A stretch of DNA of 33,893 bases. Origin: Coleofasciculus sp. B1-GNL1-01. GTDB lineage: Bacteria > Cyanobacteriota > Cyanobacteriia > Cyanobacteriales > Coleofasciculaceae. The notes below the pieces were generated by a model, which saw only the letters and a list, made by a program, of their open reading frames with translations, made no database searches and was not told the origin of the DNA. The stretch lies in NCBI GenBank assembly GCA_040220235.1, contig JAVJTO010000100.1; one strand, 5' to 3'. Both the position numbers and the translations under genes were made by a program. This document shows, one piece after another, positions 7,866-14,582 of this stretch (position 1 is the stretch's first letter; every line of letters begins with the position of its first letter).

Positions 7866-7945
7866 TGCTCCCGGTGGGAGTCGAACCCACAATTTCAAGA
7901 AATCGGGTTTAAGCCGATCGCGTCTGCCAATTCCGCCACAGGAGC
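7866..7945 (-). tRNA. trnL: tRNA-Leu(UAA), intronless
   Basis: GCTCCTG/CGGGAGC, GGCGGAATTGGCAGACGC D-arm, ATCGG-CTTAAAC-CCGAT, variable arm of 11 nt. Confidence 0.88.
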
Positions 7946-7963
7946 AAGTTGGGCTACAAGAGC
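7946..7963 (-). pseudogene. 5' tRNA fragment (acceptor 5' strand + start of D-arm)
   Basis: GCTCTTG-TA-GCCC-AACT; GCUCUUG can pair with CAGGGGU of the 7833-7857 fragment. Confidence 0.5.
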
Positions 7964-7969
7964 ATCATT

Positions 7970-8044
7970 TGGCTGCCCCGCCAGGTTTTGAACCTAGACC
8001 GTCTGAGTCAAAGTCAGATATGCTGCCAGTTACACCACAGGGCA
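7970..8044 (-). tRNA. trnQ: tRNA-Gln(UUG)
   Basis: TGCCCTG/CGGGGCA, TCTGA-CTTTGAC-TCAGA, encoded GCCA. Confidence 0.9.
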
Positions 8045-8049
8045 ATAAA

Positions 8050-8124
8050 TGGCTGCCCCAGTAGGACTCGAACCTACAACCCCCGCGTTAACAGCGCGTG
8101 GCTCTACCATTGAGCTATAGGGCA
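8050..8124 (-). tRNA. trnN: tRNA-Asn(GUU)
   Basis: TGCCCTA/TGGGGCA, loop CT-GTT-AA, T-loop TTCGAGT, encoded GCCA. Confidence 0.9.
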
Positions 8125-8131
8125 ATGCCAG

Positions 8132-8205
8132 TCCCCCAGGTCAGTATTGAACTGACGACCTCTTGCTTTTCAGGCAAGCGCTCTACCCAACTGAGCTACC
8201 AGGGG
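8132..8205 (-). tRNA. trnF: tRNA-Phe(GAA)
   Basis: CCCCTGG/CTGGGGG, CTTGC-CTGAAAA-GCAAG, T-arm GTCAG-TTCAATA-CTGAC. Confidence 0.88.
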
Positions 8206-8216
8206 AAATGATTGAT

Positions 8217-8290
8217 TGGCGCAGGGACTGAGATTTGAACTCAGATCCTCGGTTTTGGAGACCGAGATGTTGCCGTTACACTATCCCTAC
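8217..8290 (-). tRNA. trnW: tRNA-Trp(CCA)
   Basis: GTAGGGA/TCCCTGC, TCGGT-CTCCAAA-ACCGA, encoded GCCA. Confidence 0.9.
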
Positions 8291-8321
8291 ATTCGATTTG
8301 AACTTTGAAACCAAAATTCAA

Positions 8322-8404
8322 TGGGTCGGGCAGGATTCGCACCTGCAATGCATGAAAGCGGGTGTTTTACAGACACTTGCCCACCCTAATAGGCGAGCCG
8401 ACCC
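8322..8404 (-). tRNA. trnY: tRNA-Tyr(GUA), atypical
   Basis: GGGTCGG/CCGACCC, loop CT-GTA-AA, long variable arm; C8 and T-loop TGCGAAT are non-canonical. Confidence 0.78.
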
Positions 8405-8445
8405 AGAGTCTATGTAGTATGTCTGGCTCGATATACTACATAAAG

Positions 8446-8552
8446 CGGAGAGGACAGGATTTGTTCGCGAAGCTTTCTCGAAGAGTAGCTGCAATGGGTT
8501 GCCCCATGCTTCCTTAGCAGGGAAGTGCTTTCACCAATTCAGCCACCTCTCC
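8446..8552 (-). pseudogene. trnS: tRNA-Ser(GCU) interrupted in the T-arm by a 25-nt repeat insertion
   Basis: GGAGAGG/CCTCTCC + G73, CTTCC-CTGCTAA-GGAAG, long variable hairpin; GCAG[25 nt]CAAATCCTGT replaces GCAGGTTCAAATCCTGT. Confidence 0.82.
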
Positions 8553-8555
8553 AGA

Positions 8556-8627
8556 TAGCCCCAAGGAGACTTGAACTCCTCTTTCTGCCTTGAGGGAACA
8601 GCGTCCTAACCACTAGACGATGAGGCT
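8556..8627 (-). tRNA. trnE: tRNA-Glu(CUC), atypical (C33, two U-G pairs in anticodon stem)
   Basis: AGCCTCA/TGGGGCT, CGTCTAGTGGTTAGGAC D-arm, CTGTT-CCCTCAA-GGCAG. Confidence 0.78.
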
Positions 8628-8634
8628 AGAACAG

Positions 8635-8707
8635 TAGGAGTAGCAGGGATCGAACCTGCGACTGACACCTTATGAGGGTGCTGCTCTGCCGACTGAGCTA
8701 TACTCCC
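8635..8707 (-). tRNA. tRNA with CAU anticodon (Ile2 or elongator Met)
   Basis: GGGAGTA/TACTCCT, GCACC-CTCATAA-GGTGT, T-loop TTCGATC. Confidence 0.85.
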
Positions 8708-8718
8708 AAGCTATTGAG

Positions 8719-8791
8719 TGGGAGCAGCAGGAATCGAACCTGCAACCAGACGGTTAAAAGCCGTATGCTCTGCCAGTTGAGCTATACTCCC
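8719..8791 (-). tRNA. trnK: tRNA-Lys(UUU)
   Basis: GGGAGTA/TGCTCCC, loop CT-TTT-AA, T-loop TTCGATT. Confidence 0.9.
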
Positions 8792-8886
8792 CTTCCTCAA
8801 ATAATCTGCTTCTTGTGAAGGTCAAGGTAGGAGCTGTCAGTATTCCTTTCAACCCCTCGATTACTTGACCTCATTCATCAATGTCA

Positions 8887-8959
8887 TAGCCCCAACGGGA
8901 TTTGAACCCGTGTCTTCTGAGCGAAAATCAGAGATCCTTGTCCACTAGACGATAGAGCC
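8887..8959 (-). tRNA. trnE: tRNA-Glu(UUC)
   Basis: GGCTCTA/TGGGGCT, TCTGA-TTTTCGC-TCAGA, T-arm ACGGG-TTCAAAT-CCCGT. Confidence 0.87.
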
Positions 8960-8965
8960 AGATAG

Positions 8966-9038
8966 CGGGAGCGACGAGACTTGAACTCGCAACCTCAGAC
9001 TCGACAGGTCTTTGCTCTAGCCATTGAGCTACGCCCCC
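8966..9038 (-). tRNA. trnD: tRNA-Asp(GUC)
   Basis: GGGGGCG/CGCTCCC + G73, loop CT-GTC-GA, T-loop TTCAAGT. Confidence 0.9.
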
Positions 9039-9069
9039 ACATTGATCAAAAAATGTGTTACATATTCAG

Positions 9070-9081
9070 TTTTCAAGGTTC
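9070..9081 (-). promoter_or_regulatory. rrn-type boxA antitermination-like sequence
   Basis: GAACCTTGAAAA(CTGAATA) matches the boxA of cyanobacterial rRNA spacers; lies between the promoter and the first tRNA. Confidence 0.65.
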
Positions 9082-9134
9082 GGTATGAGCGTTTGGAGTC
9101 AAGCTGTTTGGATCTTTTCCCTTCGCTCTTAAAT

Positions 9135-9165
9135 ATATACTACAAATATACTACAAACTCGTCAA
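9135..9165 (-). promoter_or_regulatory. sigma70-type promoter of the tRNA array with overlapping 11-bp tandem repeat (putative repressor operator)
   Basis: TTGACG (9165-9160), 17 bp spacer, TAGTAT (9142-9137); ATATACTACAA x2 at 9135-9145 and 9146-9156. Confidence 0.75.
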
Positions 9166-9570
9166 GGGTTTGGGCGAAAAAATTTTTGGACTTGGCTCAA
9201 AAGCTTATAGAGAGGACAATACAAGCGCGATCGCACTTCAGCATCCCCTTTTTGAAGCTATCCCTTGGAGATGGACGAGGTAAAGTCTCACGCTTTAACC
9301 GTGGGTGAGCGCCATAACTCCATCAAGCTTTTTAAAGATTGTATGAAGTTCCGAAAAATGGCTTACCTATAATTTTTATTGATGAGTTGGAACGAGTTTG
9401 CCTTGTTATTCAGTGGTAATTTTTTTAATTATATGAATTTACTTCTATTTGTTTTTTTAGCGATTAAAACTTTCTGGCTGAATTGTCCTTTATTAGAGCT
9501 TTATAGCATTTGTTGCATTTTTTTGTGCGGGTTAGCCGTATTATTATTTTTAGTGAATGGATATTTAGGT

Positions 9571-9927
9571 ATGGATAAGCGTCATATTGTAGGAAGTAAG
9601 GTCAACCTTGTAAGCTGTAATAAGGCTACACAAAAAGTGCTTGATTGGTCTGGAAATCGGAGTTCACGCTATGTCTGCTTGGCTAATGCTCACATGATTA
9701 TGGAGGCTTACGATTCAAAAAAATTTTGGGAAATTTTGAATGCAGCCGACTTAACGCTTCCAGATGGGATGTCATTAGTGGGGAGCCTTAGAATTTTAGG
9801 AGTAGCTAATCAGGAGCAGGTCTGTGGTAGAAACTTAACCCTTTCCCTATGTGAACAAGCAGCTAAAAGGGAAATAGCAGTAGGTTTCTACGGAAGTTCT
9901 AACAAAGTTTTGGTCTTCCGTAGTTAG
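9571..9927 (+). pseudogene. WecB/TagA/CpsF glycosyltransferase, 3'-truncated
   Basis: From ATG 9571: YVCLANAHMIMEA..ADLTLPDGMSLV..QVCGRNL..VGFYGS; breaks at the MITE end at 9912, about half the usual length. Confidence 0.8.
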
Positions 9928-10094
9928 TGTGCTAAATTGTTAGTTTGATTTGCCCGAATATTGGACAACAATAGCTTTAACTATTTTTACCCGGATTTCA
10001 AGTCGTTTTGAGGCGGCTACAAGCTACAGTCCTTGTGTGGTAAGCTTTATGGTTAATCAAAACTGATAGTTTAGCACACTAAGTCCGGAAGACC
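9912..10094. mobile_element. MITE / internally deleted IS with 25-bp terminal inverted repeats (ISL3-like GG ends)
   Basis: GGTCTTCCGTAGTTAGTGTGCTAAA vs reverse complement of TTTAGCACACTAAGTCCGGAAGACC (23/25); no ORF. Confidence 0.75.
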
Positions 10095-10392
10095 CGATTT
10101 TTCCCCAAGAGTATTAAGAAAATCTTAAATATACATGGGTACGAATCAAGAAGGCGAATTGTCTAAAATGCTTATATAGTCGGGGTTTCGGCTTCTATCC
10201 TCAATCGGGATGGGGGGAACTTCAGTTTGAAGGGGGACGGAAGGGGGATCTGAAGGGGGACTTTGATCTACTGTACTTTATTACAGCGCAAAGCGCTGTA
10301 AGTTGACACCCATGCGTGGCGTGCGTCCCTACGGTTTACGGGCGTATGACAAATAACGTAGCTTGCTTCTCGCTTGCGCGAGTATGACGAAT

Positions 10393-10416
10393 GACATAAG
10401 ACATAAGACATAAGAC
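10393..10416. repeat. STRR-like heptamer tandem (GACATAA)x3
   Basis: Perfect short tandem repeat next to a stop codon. Confidence 0.6.
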
Positions 10417-10418
10417 GA

Positions 10419-13400
10419 TTACCAAGGATTTCCCACCAGCGTGAAACCAGACCAATAGTAGGGATGGGTAAAATCAATATCCTCTTGGTTCAATAATTCT
10501 GGAGGTAAGGGAATAACGAGTTCAGGCGTAATTAATTGTCCGTTTTCAATCCGCACCTGACCCTGTTGCAACGCTAGTTGGGTGCGCCGCAAGGCTTCAG
10601 CTTTCATCGGGACTTGCTTGAGTTGTCGGTAAAATTCAGCCATCAATCCTGTCGTTCCCCGATCATCGACATACCAAAGACTGGCTAATGCAGACTTGAC
10701 ACCGACTTGTACCGCTAACCCCGCAAACCCTAACTCCGCTTGTTCATTTCCCAAGGCGGTACGACAGGCGGATAGGACTAATAATTCCACCGGGGGTTTA
10801 TTCCATCCCAACGTCCGTACCTGATCCAATCTTAATTTAGTATCATTCAGTTGAATGAACGAGTTCGAGGGATCGCCAGGAAGAAACTCCGCATGAGTAG
10901 CCAGGTGAATAATGCCAAAGGGAGTTTGCTGACGTTGAGATTTCAGGTTATCTAGGGTAAACTCTTCCGTGACAAAGGATTGGGCTGACCACAGTTGGTC
11001 AATCGTAGACAACTCTATCGGCACAAAGGGTAACGGATCAAGTTCGGTAAACTCACTCGCCCCCATTGCCAGAACGTTCAGGCTGGTGATATCTCGGTAA
11101 CGGGTATCCGTGAGGCTGATACTGGGCATTAAACCAACACTATACCGTTTAATAATAAAATCATTGCCGTCATGCAACGCCGCTAGAGGAATATGGCGCA
11201 ACCCCGCATCGAGAATAAAGCTTAAGTTTTCGATATTGAGTCGCTGCAAGTCCTTTTCTAGGGGACTGACTAGCCATTGATAGACTTGCTGCGCGGGAAT
11301 ACGATAGGCTGTAGGTCGTCTAGCATTGGTCACCGTGGCATGAAAGTCTCGGACAGTAGAGAGGACTTGGCGACGGGTGACATTCAGGGATTTACGAATC
11401 GGCGGTTGGTCAGCCGTCACCAAAATTAATTCTAAGCGATCGCTATCTTGGGGAATCTGCGATCGCAACAGTGACAGCGAGGTATTTTCCCTCCCTTGCT
11501 TCTGAGGAATCGGCGTAATCACTTGGGGTGCAAACATGACATAGATCACCGCTGGTTTGACACCCGTGACGCTGTTTATCTCTTGCAATAGGCTTTGGGC
11601 TTGGTTTAGGGTAATGTCTGAGGTGTTGGCTAAGCCCAAATAGTCGGCATACTCTTGACTGATCGACTGGTCAAGTTCCCCCAGTCCACTGGGTTCCAGT
11701 TTTGGATTGGATATCACCAGTGGTTCAGGTCGTGTCAACGGGTTGGTTAGGTCTACGGGATTAACATCGCCAAGGTTAATAATTTGAATATTACCTTCAA
11801 CATAGCTAGTTGAAAACGATTGAACGGGTTCAATGGTAAACTCACCACTGGTGAGAGAACCCGCCGTCCCATTCTCCTCAGCATCACCCACAGTAAAGGG
11901 AATATCCCGCAATCCCCCCTGATGTGAAATCGTAATCGAACCGCCGCCGCTTCCGCCAGAGGTGGAGATACTCGCCTCTTTATCTAAGGTATCGGGTATT
12001 TCCTCCGGTTCCAGTCCCCCTTCTGGAATCTGCGACAAGGCGTCTTGAGTCATATCGGTAGCGGTGAAAAGCCCTGTTGCTGTCGCCTCAACATCCCCTC
12101 CTGTACCGATATCCAAGGCTTGAGAATTAATGATGGATACCTGAATATCACTCTCATTTTCCGTCACCGTCAACTCAACCGTCCCCGCATCTCCATTCAG
12201 AGAACTGGACACCAGAGGACCCGTAATAATATCTTCACCCGCTTGGAGGGTAATATTGCCACCCTTACCCGTTCCCGCCGAACCAGATAACAAAACACCG
12301 GGATTAGCAATGGTGTCCCCTAAAAATCGCACCTCACCCCCAGACGTATCAATAATACCCCTAGTGCTGGTTAGGCGAATATCTCCACCATCCCCCATCG
12401 CCGACCCAGAACCCAGAGACCCTGTGGTAATATTCCCGTCAGCGTTCATTGTAATATCTCCCCCTCGACCCATTCCCCCAGCAAAGGTAAACACCGCCCC
12501 ATCGACCGCCAGTAAACCACTCCCGGTTTCCAGGGTTAATTCTCCCCGCGTTGGATCAATAAAAATGTTTCCTGTGATACTCGTCAGCGAAACCGCCCCC
12601 CCATCCCCATTCGTTGAACCGGAATCAATCCCGCCTGTGATAATATCTCCCTGTGCCTGTAAACGGATATCTCCGCCTTGACCTTCAGACGCTAAGGAGA
12701 AGAGAGTTTGGCTACTAATCATATCCGCCGTAGCGGTGAGATTAATCGCACCTGCATCAAAATCACTAGACGTATCAATGGTTCCCACGGTGACAGACGC
12801 GCCGGAAATCGTCACATCTCTACCCTCAGCCGTAATCGACTGACTTTTACCCATCAAAAAAGACCCCGCCAAATCCCCATCTGAGTCAGCAGTAAACGTA
12901 ATTGACCCACCACCGGGACTAAAGTTTAGGGATACGCCATCAGCCAGAGTAATATCGTTTGTCGCCTCTAATCGGATATTCCCAGTTTGATTTTCCAGGA
13001 CTGCACTCGACAGGGTAAAATCCACTGCACCCCCATCGCTAGCGAAAATCGTCCCGGCTGGATTACCACTACTGGGACTATTGGGATTCAGTCGGTTATC
13101 GTCTGCACCTGTCTCCACAATCGTAATATTCGTGGGATCAAGGAGGAGTGTGCCATTCACGCCATTGGTAGCCCCAACATTCACCACTCCCGCAAATGCC
13201 AAGTTATTCTTTCCAGAGACTTCTACAAAGCCGCCATCTCCAGCATTAATACCGCCACGGGCGCTAATCGTGCCATAAAATGCAGTTGTATCATCTGCCC
13301 AAACTGTTACCTCACCGCCATCCCCTGTGATTCCTGCATCCGCCTGAATCAACGAATTCTGACTAATAAATGTATGAGTTGCATTGGGTATTATTCCTTG

Positions 13401-14438
13401 ACCCTGAACATTCCCACCAATTCGCACCTGACCCCCGTTGTTCATTCCAGAGGCGTTAATCTCTGCACCGAAGAGTCCAATTTGATTACCAATTATCGTG
13501 ATTGATGGAGGATTCGGGGTTAGCGCATTAGCAGATACATCCAGGGTTCCAGAGATAATCGTTGTATCCTGAGTAGGAATTGCAAAATCAGAATCAGTTA
13601 AAGCGACAGTACCATCAGGTTGAACCGTTAACCCGGTTTCCATTCCCTCGGCTGAACCCGTCAGCAATACGGCTAAATCCAGGGGAGTAATGGGGAGAAC
13701 CTGTCCAGAACTATCGGTGAGGGGTTCAAGTTCCAAACTCAGGACATGTCCAGGTTGACTGATTCTAACTCGATTCTGCCCTGGTATTGACGCGATCGCA
13801 ATCTGTCCGTCCGCAGCTATCAGTTGTCCAGTATTAATTACCGGGTTTCCCAGTAAGGTTAAATTCCCCTCAGTTATTGCTAAGTTTCCTGCATTGACAA
13901 TTGCACCAGGTTGTGATGATTCAAACGTAAAAAGATTGGGTGTACCAATCAAACTCTGGTAATTATTGTCACCCCAAGCCTTAAACCAAAGCGTTTCGCC
14001 AAAACCGATTCCCGTAGCCGTTGTCGCGGTAAAGTCAGCCGGAACATTCAGTTGAGCATTCGCACCAAAAATAAACCCGGCGGGATTCATTAACAAGAGA
14101 TTCGAGTTTCCCCCGGTGACTTGCAGCAAGCCATTAATCAGAGAAGCATCCCCGCCAACGATTCGCCCTAAGATAGTTTGAATCGTGGGTGAACTGATAA
14201 AGGTAGCAATTTGGTCAGCATTCAAATTTAATTGCTCAAAACTATGAAAGAGATTCGCGCCATCTCCGGAATAGCTACCCCCGGTAATCGTAAACTCATT
14301 TCCTGTTTGAATGACTTGGGTTCCAGCCCCATCGTTAGCAGGTGTCACCCCTTGAGCCTTGGCGGGTGCTGAATAAAAGACACTGAGCCAAAAAACAGAA
14401 CTACAAAGCCAGTACAGAGAAAATCGACTCGATTGCAT
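10419..14438 (-). CDS. Filamentous haemagglutinin N-terminal (TPS) domain protein with C-terminal CHAT (caspase-like) domain
   Basis: Signal peptide, NLFHSF and NPAGFIFG motifs, Gly-rich beta-helix repeats, IIHLATHA and LVLSACRTA, HPYYWSGFTLVGNPW. Confidence 0.9.
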   Translation of the reverse strand: MQSSRFSLYWLCSSVFWLSVFYSAPAKAQGVTPANDGAGTQVIQTGNEFTITGGSYSGDGANLFHSFEQLNLNADQIATFISSPTIQTILGRIVGGDASLINGLLQVTGGNSNLLLMNPAGFIFGANAQLNVPADFTATTATGIGFGETLWFKAWGDNNYQSLIGTPNLFTFESSQPGAIVNAGNLAITEGNLTLLGNPVINTGQLIAADGQIAIASIPGQNRVRISQPGHVLSLELEPLTDSSGQVLPITPLDLAVLLTGSAEGMETGLTVQPDGTVALTDSDFAIPTQDTTIISGTLDVSANALTPNPPSITIIGNQIGLFGAEINASGMNNGGQVRIGGNVQGQGIIPNATHTFISQNSLIQADAGITGDGGEVTVWADDTTAFYGTISARGGINAGDGGFVEVSGKNNLAFAGVVNVGATNGVNGTLLLDPTNITIVETGADDNRLNPNSPSSGNPAGTIFASDGGAVDFTLSSAVLENQTGNIRLEATNDITLADGVSLNFSPGGGSITFTADSDGDLAGSFLMGKSQSITAEGRDVTISGASVTVGTIDTSSDFDAGAINLTATADMISSQTLFSLASEGQGGDIRLQAQGDIITGGIDSGSTNGDGGAVSLTSITGNIFIDPTRGELTLETGSGLLAVDGAVFTFAGGMGRGGDITMNADGNITTGSLGSGSAMGDGGDIRLTSTRGIIDTSGGEVRFLGDTIANPGVLLSGSAGTGKGGNITLQAGEDIITGPLVSSSLNGDAGTVELTVTENESDIQVSIINSQALDIGTGGDVEATATGLFTATDMTQDALSQIPEGGLEPEEIPDTLDKEASISTSGGSGGGSITISHQGGLRDIPFTVGDAEENGTAGSLTSGEFTIEPVQSFSTSYVEGNIQIINLGDVNPVDLTNPLTRPEPLVISNPKLEPSGLGELDQSISQEYADYLGLANTSDITLNQAQSLLQEINSVTGVKPAVIYVMFAPQVITPIPQKQGRENTSLSLLRSQIPQDSDRLELILVTADQPPIRKSLNVTRRQVLSTVRDFHATVTNARRPTAYRIPAQQVYQWLVSPLEKDLQRLNIENLSFILDAGLRHIPLAALHDGNDFIIKRYSVGLMPSISLTDTRYRDITSLNVLAMGASEFTELDPLPFVPIELSTIDQLWSAQSFVTEEFTLDNLKSQRQQTPFGIIHLATHAEFLPGDPSNSFIQLNDTKLRLDQVRTLGWNKPPVELLVLSACRTALGNEQAELGFAGLAVQVGVKSALASLWYVDDRGTTGLMAEFYRQLKQVPMKAEALRRTQLALQQGQVRIENGQLITPELVIPLPPELLNQEDIDFTHPYYWSGFTLVGNPW

Positions 14439-14582
14439 GGTTGGTATAGCACTTGTCTTTCAGCATTGTTGCACAATTTTTGACCTGAAACTGCTATATC
14501 TGGATCAGACCGAAAGGCTATAATCTGAATGACGCAACCCTTCGACTTCGCTCAGGGTATCAGGAAGAGGGACAAAGGACGT

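Noticed and set aside
7866..7945. Group I intron in tRNA-Leu(UAA)
   Set aside because: Anticodon loop CTTAAAC is continuous; no intron present
7481..9308. Short ORFs over the array (7481-7777, 7600-7800, 8235-8417, 9024-9308)
   Set aside because: They overlap tRNA genes and the promoter; best explained as chance frames
9379..9570. N-terminal extension of the WecB/TagA ORF
   Set aside because: AT-rich low-complexity sequence with TTG start; homology begins near ATG 9571
14529..14582. First 18 codons of the kinase ORF
   Set aside because: Cross a small palindromic repeat (ACCCTTCGACTTCGCTCAGGGT); ATG 14583 is the more plausible start
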